Shown here piece after piece: positions 48,543-57,238 of a stretch of DNA of 64,000 nucleotides. Within the stretch, counting starts at the first letter, position 1, and every line of letters begins with the position of its first letter. The translations under genes were made by a program, and so were the position numbers. The stretch lies in sequence record PV611058.1, one strand, 5' to 3'. The notes beneath the pieces were generated by a model. The model saw only the letters and a list, made by a program, of their open reading frames with translations. It was not told the origin of the DNA and searched no databases.

Positions 48543-49122
48543 AACTCAATACCTCCATTAAGCACTCATAAACACCATCAATCGCATAAGCACAAAAATT
48601 GAAATTAATTTTGTGATTCTTGTGTAATGGACTATTGTGTACTGTACTCATTATGACATTATAAAACAACAAACGCACTGGTACAAGCATTGAACCTTGG
48701 AAAAATTCTTCCTCTGATTTATATGTATTGTACTCTATTGCTTTGTTCGTTTCTGTATCATATGTTACCATTACTAATGGGGAATTTTTATTATACCATG
48801 CGTATTCTAAATCATTCTTTCCAATAACAGCACCTGGGGCGAAATCCAAAAGACCAATAACACTACGGGAATTTGGGGTATCAGGTGTATTGAATCGTTT
48901 ATCAAAATGACTCGTGCACGCAATATGTGAATTATAATCAGATGGTTTAAACCCCATGAATGCGTTAATGATTCTTGTATATGGTTTTTTATTATGTGCT
49001 GCTTTCTGTGCATTATATAAGGCTGCAACAATACAAGCTAACTTTTGTCCCATAAGGATTGCATTAGCGTAGGTGTACTGAATTTCATTGTACTCATTGC
49101 TTTCATTGTACTTCGAGATCAT
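48529..49122 (-). CDS. family A paralog
   Basis: KSEEEFFQGSML. Confidence 0.8.
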   Translation of the reverse strand: MISKYNESNEYNEIQYTYANAILMGQKLACIVAALYNAQKAAHNKKPYTRIINAFMGFKPSDYNSHIACTSHFDKRFNTPDTPNSRSVIGLLDFAPGAVIGKNDLEYAWYNKNSPLVMVTYDTETNKAIEYNTYKSEEEFFQGSMLVPVRLLFYNVIMSTVHNSPLHKNHKINFNFCAYAIDGVYECLMEVLSYEAE

Positions 49123-49444
49123 GGAACAGCCTCACTTTACCTAACTTGTCATTGGATATTAATTCGTTAACAGCTTTCTGTATATTCCTTAATAATAGCA
49201 CATCAAATCCTTTTGTGTCAAGCACACATTGCATTTGGAAGAATTCTTCTTCTGATAATGTATTAAAATCCACAAAATTGTCTAATATTACGTCATTATC
49301 CAAATGTGCCATGTGCCATGTATTTCTTTCGGAGCGTTTAATAAAATTCCATCCATCTGGATAATCGGGTTCTAATTCTACATATATCCCCGATACTGTA
49401 TAAAGCATTTTATATATCATAACTATTGTACTCATTGCTTTCAC
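49103..49444 (-). CDS. family A paralog
   Basis: LSEEEFFQMQCVLD; close paralog of 49441-49752. Confidence 0.85.
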   Translation of the reverse strand: MKAMSTIVMIYKMLYTVSGIYVELEPDYPDGWNFIKRSERNTWHMAHLDNDVILDNFVDFNTLSEEEFFQMQCVLDTKGFDVLLLRNIQKAVNELISNDKLGKVRLFHDLEVQ

Positions 49445-49752
49445 TGTACGTCGATGTCATAATACGCTCCTACCTCATAATCTTTCTTGCTTTGGAATTC
49501 ATTAACGACTTTCTGTATATTTCTTAATGTTACCATGTCATGTCCGTACATGTCAACCACCAATTGCATTTGGAAAAATTCTTCTTCAGATAATGTATTA
49601 AAATCTATAAAATAATCCGTAACAACATGTTCGTCTAAATTTGCCATGTACCATTGATTGGTATCGACCTCTTTAACCAAATTCCATGCATCTGAATCGG
49701 ATTCTAATTCTACATATATTAATGTTAATGTATAAAGAATTTTATACTTCAT
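49441..49752 (-). CDS. family A paralog
   Basis: LSEEEFFQMQLVVD. Confidence 0.85.
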   Translation of the reverse strand: MKYKILYTLTLIYVELESDSDAWNLVKEVDTNQWYMANLDEHVVTDYFIDFNTLSEEEFFQMQLVVDMYGHDMVTLRNIQKVVNEFQSKKDYEVGAYYDIDVQ

Positions 49753-50248
49753 AACTATATCCTTGCATTAATAAATCATAAACGTTTGAAAGGTGCGGAA
49801 TTTTGATATAAAATTTAAAACCCTTAATTAAAGGATTCGCGTACAATGAACTGAATAACTTTAGATAATGTATTTGACGAGGACTGTATAATAACGATTT
49901 CTGAAATAATTCAGCACTACAATCTGAACTAATATCAATTAAATCAATTCGTGCTTCTACTTCATCATCTTGTTTCAAAACATAAAAGAAATAATCGTTT
50001 GTGTTGACCCACAAATACCCTTCACTATTTTCGTATATAACAGGAGATGCTTGTTCTGGATTGCCTTGGGCAAATGCTGCAAAACAAACTTTTGCATTAC
50101 TTTCATCTTTAAACATAAACGATAATTTATCATATCTATCTTCTATGCGTAAATCACCTATAAAAATGTACTTATGCATAGAATGATTATTCTTGAGCAT
50201 AAGCATTACTGTACTAATCTTGTGTGCTAATAATTCTATCTCATTCAT
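49742..50248 (-). CDS. family A paralog
   Basis: CSAELFQKSLLY; ends DLLMQGYSYEV. Confidence 0.85.
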   Translation of the reverse strand: MNEIELLAHKISTVMLMLKNNHSMHKYIFIGDLRIEDRYDKLSFMFKDESNAKVCFAAFAQGNPEQASPVIYENSEGYLWVNTNDYFFYVLKQDDEVEARIDLIDISSDCSAELFQKSLLYSPRQIHYLKLFSSLYANPLIKGFKFYIKIPHLSNVYDLLMQGYSYEV

Positions 50249-50254
50249 ATATTA

Positions 50255-50335
50255 TTACCTATTGATGGATACATCGTCATTGTCTTCTAATTCAACATAA
50301 ATCATATCTTTTGTATAAAGCATTTTATACTTCAT
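50255..50335 (-). pseudogene. 26 aa truncated remnant of the 49441-49752 paralog
   Basis: MKYKMLYTKDMIYVELEDNDDVSINR* versus MKYKILYTLTLIYVELESDSD. Confidence 0.7.
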
Positions 50336-50885
50336 AACTATATCCTTGCATTAAAAGATCATAAGCAATATCAACTAATTCTAAACGAATGAAAAATTTT
50401 AAATTATCTTTCAATGGATTCAAATGCATTGTACTAAACAACATAAGATACTTCATTTGATTTGTATTGTATATTAGGGATGTCTGAAATACTTCTGCTT
50501 CATTGTAAGGATCAATGAATTTTATACCTTCTTCACTATAATCCGTTTTGGAATTCTGATATATAAAATAATCATCACCATAATTGTACCACAAATAACC
50601 TTCAAAACTGGAATCAAATTCTGAATTTTCATTTCGCATTAAAGGTGATACTGAAATTGGATTTGAACCAACTGTTGCACAAACCTCAATGAAAGCATCT
50701 TCATTTCCCTTAACTTCTTCTTTGATTTTATCATTGTACTGTCCTGCAAAACCAGCTTTTACTTCCAAATATAAACTACTCCCAACTTTATTAATTCTTA
50801 AAAGGGAACTCTGTACTGTATTCGCATTGTTCAGCACTAACGATATTGTGCAAATCTTATGTACCAATAACTCAATATCATTCAT
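50325..50885 (-). CDS. family A paralog
   Basis: NEAEVFQTSLIY; ends DLLMQGYSYEV. Confidence 0.85.
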   Translation of the reverse strand: MNDIELLVHKICTISLVLNNANTVQSSLLRINKVGSSLYLEVKAGFAGQYNDKIKEEVKGNEDAFIEVCATVGSNPISVSPLMRNENSEFDSSFEGYLWYNYGDDYFIYQNSKTDYSEEGIKFIDPYNEAEVFQTSLIYNTNQMKYLMLFSTMHLNPLKDNLKFFIRLELVDIAYDLLMQGYSYEV

Positions 50886-50896
50886 ATTGGTATTCC

Positions 50897-51079
50897 TTAA
50901 TTTGGTGGATTTGGATGTAATAACTGATCTATATAATTTAAATGTTCTATTGTAACTAATGAAAGATAATAATTGTAATTATCTATACCACCCTTTAAAT
51001 GTATATTGTAATACATCTTGATACTTACTAATAAAGAATCATTTAAATCATTTATTGCTTTTGTATTAACGGTTTTCAT
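50897..51079 (-). CDS. hypothetical protein
   Basis: 60 aa. Confidence 0.55.
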   Translation of the reverse strand: MKTVNTKAINDLNDSLLVSIKMYYNIHLKGGIDNYNYYLSLVTIEHLNYIDQLLHPNPPN

Positions 51080-51276
51080 TAATGTTCTTCTCTTAAAAAA
51101 CGCTTAATGGCACAATCTAAATAAAAATCATAATACATCATATCTCTATTCTTAACCCATACACAATAATCTGCATTAATATTTCTTAATAATATATTCA
51201 TATTATAATCTTCACACCCTAATCGTGCCATTTGATAGGATACTCCGTTCCATTTATTGTATAAGATATAATCCAT
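51079..51276 (-). CDS. hypothetical protein
   Basis: 65 aa. Confidence 0.55.
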   Translation of the reverse strand: MDYILYNKWNGVSYQMARLGCEDYNMNILLRNINADYCVWVKNRDMMYYDFYLDCAIKRFLREEH

Positions 51277-51629
51277 CCGTAATGAATAGGATGATTTTTG
51301 TCTGAAACAGGAATAAAATATAAAGATGTACTGGGGTTATAACTGAATAAATCGTTGTTACCAATTGTAAAATGTGATAACTCAATCTTCCTTGTACCTG
51401 TACTTGGACGAAGAACATTCTTAACACCGAAGACTGTACCTTGATATTTCTCGGAAAATTCAAACAATGCATCTGCAATTAAATCACGAAACTCCGCATG
51501 TATGGTTTCAAAAAAATCTATATTACACGATGTTTTAATATCCTTGAACTCCTTATATAAAGAGCTTCTTGTATTCAAAAGAAATATTACTTTTTTAAGA
51601 TCCTGAACTATTTCTGGATTCATATTCAT
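51219..51629 (-). CDS. hypothetical protein
   Basis: 136 aa; EKYQGTVF is family D-like. Confidence 0.7.
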   Translation of the reverse strand: MNMNPEIVQDLKKVIFLLNTRSSLYKEFKDIKTSCNIDFFETIHAEFRDLIADALFEFSEKYQGTVFGVKNVLRPSTGTRKIELSHFTIGNNDLFSYNPSTSLYFIPVSDKNHPIHYGWIISYTINGTEYPIKWHD

Positions 51630-51846
51630 TTATCTCATTCTGTAACTTAAGCATCAAAATTTGCATATTAATTTTTTGTACAAGATGATTGAGAAATTTC
51701 TGTACTGTATCTTCTTGTTCTTTTGTACCAAGATAAAATAACATATTAAATTCAGATAATCTCAGAGCGAAATCTTCCTCTCCACCTTGTAAACAAAAAT
51801 CCCTGTACTTTGATGCATACAAATAACGGTTTATTTTTTTGTACAT
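51595..51846 (-). CDS. family B outlier
   Basis: YLGTKEQEDTV. Confidence 0.8.
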   Translation of the reverse strand: MYKKINRYLYASKYRDFCLQGGEEDFALRLSEFNMLFYLGTKEQEDTVQKFLNHLVQKINMQILMLKLQNEINEYESRNSSGS

Positions 51847-51874
51847 TTATATTGCATCTCCTTTAGGTATATTC

Positions 51875-52186
51875 TTATATGTCAATTTCAATGATCCTCC
51901 CTGACATACCTTGTATTAGCTTATCATACATATCGAGCATCACTTTTTGTATATTAATTAATACTGGCATCGTGCAAATATCAATGTCGTATATTAAGCT
52001 GTACTGGAATAATTCCTCTTCCTGCATGTGTACTAAATTAGGTAAAAGATAATTGTCTGCCTCTTCATCCTGGTACTTGAAATGCATAACACCATCCTTT
52101 TTGTACAAAAGAATGTCAATATCACCTAACTCTTCTGCATAACCAAAAATACATATACTCGATGTTTTTGCTATATTAAATTTCAT
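51875..52186 (-). CDS. family A paralog
   Basis: MQEEELFQYSLIYD. Confidence 0.85.
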   Translation of the reverse strand: MKFNIAKTSSICIFGYAEELGDIDILLYKKDGVMHFKYQDEEADNYLLPNLVHMQEEELFQYSLIYDIDICTMPVLINIQKVMLDMYDKLIQGMSGRIIEIDI

Positions 52187-52195
52187 ATTCTTCTC

Positions 52196-52546
52196 TTATA
52201 TGTAGAATTCACATACGCGTTGAACAAAATTCTTTGGAAGATGACAATGTGCAATCATCTGCTTTTGTACTTCCTTCATGTCTTCGAATGTAAATCCTAA
52301 AGAATCATCATGTACTAACAAGTACTGAAACTCTTCTTCTTCAGAGATAGAACATAAATTCGGTACTGAAATTGTTTTTGCTTTTCTTGCACCCAATTTC
52401 CAATGAAAAGAATTATTGCATTTTCTGTACTCAAATATCTTCAACCCAGAACCTGTATTAAAATCAGCTACTACAATGTAACATGAATTCTTACGTACAA
52501 TACAATTGAACTTACGCATTATCTCCACCTCTCTCCGTCTGTACAA
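52196..52546 (-). CDS. family A paralog
   Basis: ISEEEEFQYLLVHD. Confidence 0.8.
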   Translation of the reverse strand: MYRRREVEIMRKFNCIVRKNSCYIVVADFNTGSGLKIFEYRKCNNSFHWKLGARKAKTISVPNLCSISEEEEFQYLLVHDDSLGFTFEDMKEVQKQMIAHCHLPKNFVQRVCEFYI

Positions 52547-52764
52547 GAGTACTGGTACGTTGTCGTTAGGGTAGGGACCATGTTTGTAATGGGCATATTA
52601 TTAACAATAACGGTAACAGGCATAAGAATCGTCTCTACTCTACTCTGTCCTGTCCTTGTACAATTCATCTTCTGCATTTCATCTGAATCCATGAAATACA
52701 ATACAAATGGTGCAATCCCAAGAACAATACACAAGACGATAAGGAAATTTAAAAAATTTAACAT
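52519..52764 (-). CDS. small membrane-anchored protein
   Basis: N-terminal TM helix, CTRTG...YQYSC Cys pair. Confidence 0.75.
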   Translation of the reverse strand: MLNFLNFLIVLCIVLGIAPFVLYFMDSDEMQKMNCTRTGQSRVETILMPVTVIVNNMPITNMVPTLTTTYQYSCTDGERWR

Positions 52765-52793
52765 AATTTTTACCCCATGATTAACGTACAGGT

Positions 52794-52822
52794 ACTATAT
52801 CAGTAATGAAAAGTACTGTCAA
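52794..52822 (-). promoter_or_regulatory. sigma70-like promoter
   Basis: TTGACA-17nt-TATAGT with TGn; AGTACT overlaps the -35. Confidence 0.75.
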
Positions 52823-52823
52823 G

Positions 52824-53198
52824 CTAGTATTGCACTGTTCTAATGAAAGTACCTTTACTCATGGATTTAAGCTTATGAACCTCTTCCTGTATACCCTTGA
52901 TTAACCCTAAAGGTATAGGTAAATCATGTACTAAGCTGTACTGAAAGTATTCTTCTTCAGATAAAGTACTAACATCTGGAATGCCAATTTTAGTTAGATA
53001 ATCTTGATGTGTTGACCAATAAATTATATCTTCAGTACTATTGTACTCCCCATATACTGAACAATATTGATGAATATCTTTCCTGTACCCTTGAGCAATA
53101 AAGAACTTATCTACTGCATTACCAGCATTAATAGAATTCACTTCGATTGTCACAGTACTTGAGCTTGTTTTTCCTTTACTATGCATATTAATCCCCAA
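52824..53198 (-). CDS. family A paralog
   Basis: LSEEEYFQYSLVHD. Confidence 0.85.
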   Translation of the reverse strand: MGINMHSKGKTSSSTVTIEVNSINAGNAVDKFFIAQGYRKDIHQYCSVYGEYNSTEDIIYWSTHQDYLTKIGIPDVSTLSEEEYFQYSLVHDLPIPLGLIKGIQEEVHKLKSMSKGTFIRTVQY

Positions 53199-53374
53199 AT
53201 TAGATATCGAACACTATCAGCTTGATAGTTAGTTCCTACTGTGTGTTTTAATATTAACTCATCTTTCAGTACTGAACATTCTGCATTAGATATAGGAAGA
53301 GAATTAATTCTTTGAATTTCTGGTCGCAAAATACCGCGAAGCTTGCGGTAATCTTCGTATGATAATATTTTCAT
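53150..53374 (-). CDS. family B outlier
   Basis: MKILSYEDY...VGTNYQA. Confidence 0.8.
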   Translation of the reverse strand: MKILSYEDYRKLRGILRPEIQRINSLPISNAECSVLKDELILKHTVGTNYQADSVRYLIWGLICIVKEKQAQVL

Positions 53375-53377
53375 TGT

Positions 53378-53719
53378 TCAGTACTCAACGATGTGTTCTT
53401 CATAACCATTAAACTCCGGTTTAGTTTCTTTCATTAGGACTACCATTTTATGTACTAATGGCATAGGAAATTCTAAATCCCATACTAATGATTCTTGAAA
53501 GTATTCTTCTTCAGATAAAGTACTTAAATCTTTAATATCAACGTGCTTGTATATTTTCTTTTCGTAATTAAGAAATGATATATATAAATCATTAACATAA
53601 GAATCATAAGTAATTGTGAATGGCTTACCCTTGTAGTCCATTACATCTTTACATAGACTGCATTTGATATATGTATGTTCTTCTGAACTGTATACATTGA
53701 GTTGTATATTAGTTTTCAT
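53378..53719 (-). CDS. family A paralog (recent duplicate)
   Basis: LSEEEYFQESLVWD; C-half nearly identical to 53734-54072. Confidence 0.9.
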   Translation of the reverse strand: MKTNIQLNVYSSEEHTYIKCSLCKDVMDYKGKPFTITYDSYVNDLYISFLNYEKKIYKHVDIKDLSTLSEEEYFQESLVWDLEFPMPLVHKMVVLMKETKPEFNGYEEHIVEY

Positions 53720-53733
53720 AGTTACCTTATATA

Positions 53734-54072
53734 TTAATACTCAACGATGTGTTCTTCATAACCATTAAACTCCGGTTTAGTTTCTTTCATTAGTACTATC
53801 ATCTTATGTACTAATGGCATAGGAAACTCCAAATCCCATACTAATGATTCTTGAAAGTATTCCTCTTCAGATAAAGTACTTAAATCTTCAATGTCAATGT
53901 GTTCGTATATGTTATATTTGTAATCAGCAAAAGATATATAAAAACCTCTTGTATTATCATAAGTAAGTGCAAATGGCTTACCTTTGTAGTCCATTACAGA
54001 GTTACATGTATGGCATTTGATGTATGTACTTGCAAATGATTTATATACCTTGAGTTTTATATTAGTTTTCAT
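53734..54072 (-). CDS. family A paralog (recent duplicate)
   Basis: LSEEEYFQESLVWD. Confidence 0.9.
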   Translation of the reverse strand: MKTNIKLKVYKSFASTYIKCHTCNSVMDYKGKPFALTYDNTRGFYISFADYKYNIYEHIDIEDLSTLSEEEYFQESLVWDLEFPMPLVHKMIVLMKETKPEFNGYEEHIVEY

Positions 54073-54346
54073 ATTTCTCTTTATTAGCTTGTTTAGATTG
54101 TGTGGTTTTATAGTGAATGAAATCTATTAATGTAATCAAGTACAACGTCAAATAGTACTCTTGTTGATCTGTACCTAATGATACAAAGAACTTGTGCTCA
54201 TAGATTAAAACCTGTTTCTCTTCAAATGGACATTTAATCCTCTGTATAGGCTTAAGTAAATGATAGTACTTATTAAATCTATGATACATTTCTAGTTCTG
54301 TCAGTACTTTCATATTAAACACGTACTCCATTAGCAGTAGCATCAC
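54062..54346 (-). CDS. family B paralog
   Basis: LGTDQQEYYL; true start probably MKVLT. Confidence 0.8.
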   Translation of the reverse strand: MMLLLMEYVFNMKVLTELEMYHRFNKYYHLLKPIQRIKCPFEEKQVLIYEHKFFVSLGTDQQEYYLTLYLITLIDFIHYKTTQSKQANKEKYEN

Positions 54347-54536
54347 GTAAAGCTAACAAATACTTCTGTACTGCTTGCTCTTGATGATCTGTACCTAAAA
54401 GTATATACATCCATAATTCACTGTAATGTACATCTTGTGTATAAGGGTTGTTGTAACTTTTTGATAATATAGCATCAAATTCAGATGCATGAACCCTTGC
54501 GAACTTAAGCATATCTTGTTGTGTTATGATTCTCAT
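54315..54536 (-). CDS. family B paralog
   Basis: LGTDHQEQAV. Confidence 0.85.
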   Translation of the reverse strand: MRIITQQDMLKFARVHASEFDAILSKSYNNPYTQDVHYSELWMYILLGTDHQEQAVQKYLLALRDATANGVRV

Positions 54537-54748
54537 ATCTTTTCCTGTACTATCTGTATAAGAATACCTATGTGTGAATTAACAGTTCTCTCTTGATGCT
54601 GTGTTCCTAAGAGTGTCAGTACTATCATATCTGAACGCAAAAGATTTTTCTGAAGTTCACTTATATCAGTTCTTGAATCAAGTGCCATATATTTGTGATT
54701 ATTCTTCCTGAATAGTGCCAAGTACTCTTGATTTGATATTTCCTTCAT
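54533..54748 (-). CDS. family B paralog
   Basis: LGTQHQERTV. Confidence 0.85.
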   Translation of the reverse strand: MKEISNQEYLALFRKNNHKYMALDSRTDISELQKNLLRSDMIVLTLLGTQHQERTVNSHIGILIQIVQEKI

Positions 54749-54984
54749 AGTTTATCCCTGATGCCATTTAAAAGTGCTCTAATATGCTCCTGTACGAATT
54801 TGTACTGACTGTCTGTTCCTAGAGTGAGTAGTAATCTTAAATCTGAACTTTTGATATGATATTCTAAATCATTATTTGATTCTTGCATCAGTTTCTTAAA
54901 GGATGAGAAGTTTGCAGCCATTAGTTCAATGTATTCTGCTGTTCCTAGGGGTTTGTGTATTGGCTGTTTGTGCTGTCTGTGCAT
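54745..54984 (-). CDS. family B paralog
   Basis: LGTDSQYKFV. Confidence 0.8.
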   Translation of the reverse strand: MHRQHKQPIHKPLGTAEYIELMAANFSSFKKLMQESNNDLEYHIKSSDLRLLLTLGTDSQYKFVQEHIRALLNGIRDKL

Positions 54985-55196
54985 TTTAATTTTATTACCC
55001 TTTTGAGTGTATTAATGTAATTATACACATTGGCTTCTTGATAGTTTGTTCCTAGAGTAGCTTGAACGTAGATTTCATTTAACTTAATAATTTTATCAGT
55101 ATCTGGAAGTTTTGATGTGTTAATGGCAAATAACTTCGAAAACAGTCCATTTATGATTGTTAGGTATTCTACTTCGGTAATGATTCGCATTTGCAT
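54945..55196 (-). CDS. family B paralog
   Basis: LGTNYQEANV. Confidence 0.85.
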   Translation of the reverse strand: MQMRIITEVEYLTIINGLFSKLFAINTSKLPDTDKIIKLNEIYVQATLGTNYQEANVYNYINTLKRVIKLKCTDSTNSQYTNP

Positions 55197-55402
55197 TGGA
55201 TAAACCTTTTTAGTTCTTTGATGTAATCATTAATATTACATTCTTGATAGTTAGTCCCTAGGGTAGAATTAACATAGATTTCACTCATTAGAATATTTTT
55301 TTCTTCATCAGGTAAATCTGTGGTCTTTGCTATATACAATTTTAGAATTAAACTACTTAATAGTTCGTGGTATTCACTTGGTGAAAGGATTTTCATTTGC
55401 AT
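55169..55402 (-). CDS. family B paralog
   Basis: LGTNYQECNI. Confidence 0.85.
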   Translation of the reverse strand: MQMKILSPSEYHELLSSLILKLYIAKTTDLPDEEKNILMSEIYVNSTLGTNYQECNINDYIKELKRFIQCKCESLPK

Positions 55403-55608
55403 GTTCTCAGTACAGATTCTTTAAGTTCATCGATGTAGTCCTCAACGAATTGCTCTTGGAAGTTAGTTCCAATATATAAAAGAACTCTTAAATCTGCTCT
55501 AAGTAACTCTTTTTCATCATCATCTATATCAGACAATGTTATGTTTAAGAATTTACTTGTATTAAAGATTAACAATTCTGTTTGTTCACTGTGGCTTAAA
55601 ATTTTCAT
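55393..55608 (-). CDS. family B paralog
   Basis: IGTNFQEQFV. Confidence 0.85.
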   Translation of the reverse strand: MKILSHSEQTELLIFNTSKFLNITLSDIDDDEKELLRADLRVLLYIGTNFQEQFVEDYIDELKESVLRTCK

Positions 55609-55816
55609 AATCTCTTTTTGCTTTCCTCGACAGTAGGTACAAATACGATTCTTCGTATTGTGCTTGGAAGTTTGTGTTTAAGAGTCGAAACAACTTCTGT
55701 TCTTCTAGAACGAGTTGCTTATCTTCATAACAACGGTAGCGTATCAACTTTTTGTATTCGATGTTGATTACATCCATTACTATAAGCCCATGTTCATCAT
55801 CTGTCAAGTGCTTCAT
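55586..55816 (-). CDS. family B paralog
   Basis: LNTNFQAQYE. Confidence 0.85.
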   Translation of the reverse strand: MKHLTDDEHGLIVMDVINIEYKKLIRYRCYEDKQLVLEEQKLFRLLNTNFQAQYEESYLYLLSRKAKRDYENFKPQ

Positions 55817-56055
55817 GCTTTTTTTCTTTTCCTGATGTGTTTAGTTAAAAGGTATATTAGTTTTCTGATGTATTCTTCCTGATAGTTTGTTCCTAGGAGT
55901 GCAAGAAGTTTTGCTTCAACTAAAGCTAATTGACGTTCTTCAAATGTGTGTTCCAGTATGTACTTTGGGTTTGATTTTTTAGAAATTGCACTATTAGTTT
56001 TCATTACAATCTTATGATATTCATTAACTGTTAGGATTTTTAAATTCTTGAGCAT
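55813..56055 (-). CDS. family B paralog
   Basis: LGTNYQEEYI. Confidence 0.85.
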   Translation of the reverse strand: MLKNLKILTVNEYHKIVMKTNSAISKKSNPKYILEHTFEERQLALVEAKLLALLGTNYQEEYIRKLIYLLTKHIRKRKKA

Positions 56056-56281
56056 GTATCTTTTCCTTTATAGAGAATTTAAGATATCGAAGCATACTTT
56101 CAATGTAATACTCTTGTCTGTCAGTTCCAAGAAAGTACAGGAGTTGAATGTATAAAACTTCTGCACTCCTTTCGGCATGTGACTTGTTTGTGTCGTTTGG
56201 AAGTTGATTTGTAAGTTTTCTGGATTTAATTAATCGTTCTTTTAACTCATCGTCTGTTAAGTATTTCATTTCATTTTGCAT
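56024..56281 (-). CDS. family B paralog
   Basis: LGTDRQEYYI. Confidence 0.85.
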   Translation of the reverse strand: MQNEMKYLTDDELKERLIKSRKLTNQLPNDTNKSHAERSAEVLYIQLLYFLGTDRQEYYIESMLRYLKFSIKEKIHAQEFKNPNS

Positions 56282-56501
56282 TTACTTTTTCCTTAATACT
56301 CATTACAAGATGTTCAATCATATTTTGAACCATAAATTCTTGTTTATCAGTTCCAAGAACGTATGGTAGCTTCTGAAACAATACATTCGCAGACATTTCA
56401 TATATTGATTGATTTGGAACGAACTTAAGAGTAATGTTATTGGCTTTTAACATCTTCTCTTGAAATTCTTCATTCGTTAAGTATATCATTTCACTTTGCA
56501 T
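56271..56501 (-). CDS. family B paralog
   Basis: LGTDKQEFMV. Confidence 0.85.
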   Translation of the reverse strand: MQSEMIYLTNEEFQEKMLKANNITLKFVPNQSIYEMSANVLFQKLPYVLGTDKQEFMVQNMIEHLVMSIKEKVNAK

Positions 56502-56727
56502 TTACTTTTTCCATAATAGTAATTTTGAGATATTTAATTATACGTTCAATGTGATACTCTTGCCTATCAGTTCCAAGAATGTATGGTAATCTTTGGAATA
56601 AAACTTCTGCACTCCTTTCCGCTGGGGTTTGGTTTGGGTTGTGTGGAAGATATTTTGTAAGTTTTTTGGATTTATCTAGTCTTTCTGTTAACTCATCATG
56701 TGTTAAGTATATCATTTCATTTTGCAT
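56491..56727 (-). CDS. family B paralog
   Basis: LGTDRQEYHI. Confidence 0.85.
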   Translation of the reverse strand: MQNEMIYLTHDELTERLDKSKKLTKYLPHNPNQTPAERSAEVLFQRLPYILGTDRQEYHIERIIKYLKITIMEKVNAK

Positions 56728-56963
56728 TTAATGTTCCTTACGTAAATTGTCTGGATTAAACAATCAATCCAAGTTTGAATATATTGGTTTTGATACTGTG
56801 TGCCTAAGAGACTCTGCATTTTAAACTCTGCTTCAAGTTCATATCTCTTTTCTATAGAAAAGCTCAAATGACCATATTCTTTATCGTATCTTCTCAGTGC
56901 TTCCCCAATTCTATCAAATCTTTCTGCTAATCTGATGTTATTCACAATATTCATCGCATTCAT
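56712..56963 (-). CDS. family B paralog
   Basis: LGTQYQNQYI. Confidence 0.85.
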   Translation of the reverse strand: MNAMNIVNNIRLAERFDRIGEALRRYDKEYGHLSFSIEKRYELEAEFKMQSLLGTQYQNQYIQTWIDCLIQTIYVRNIKCKMK

Positions 56964-57238
56964 CGATCAGTACACCTCAGTGGTTGGGTCATTTGATAAA
57001 AGTACAGCTTACCTTTGATTTCCAATAGTAACTCCGCGATTAAGCGATTTACTTCTGGCTCTTGATAGTTTGTTCCCAAGAATACACCCATCTTTAACTC
57101 ACGCATCATAATCATTTTCTTACTGTGTTGAATTTTTTGGTTGTGATAGATTGTATTACGTTTGTGTGTAATTTTTGTCATACGCTCGGTATATTCATCT
57201 TTACTTAAATTGATCATTTGCATGTTCATCAACCTCAC
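56960..57238 (-). CDS. family B paralog
   Basis: LGTNYQEPEV. Confidence 0.85.
   Translation of the reverse strand: MRLMNMQMINLSKDEYTERMTKITHKRNTIYHNQKIQHSKKMIMMRELKMGVFLGTNYQEPEVNRLIAELLLEIKGKLYFYQMTQPLRCTDR

Noticed and set aside
1562-51478. Short minus-strand ORFs nested out of frame in longer genes (e.g. 1562, 1994, 4745, 5343, 10339, 13522, 18244, 23788, 35343, 35648, 39124, 41574, 41933, 48807, 51254)
   Set aside because: They overlap well-supported genes in another frame.
53378-54072. Possible DGR template/variable repeat pair
   Set aside because: Both copies are intact genes, mismatches are not adenine-specific or one-directional, and there is no reverse transcriptase in the window.
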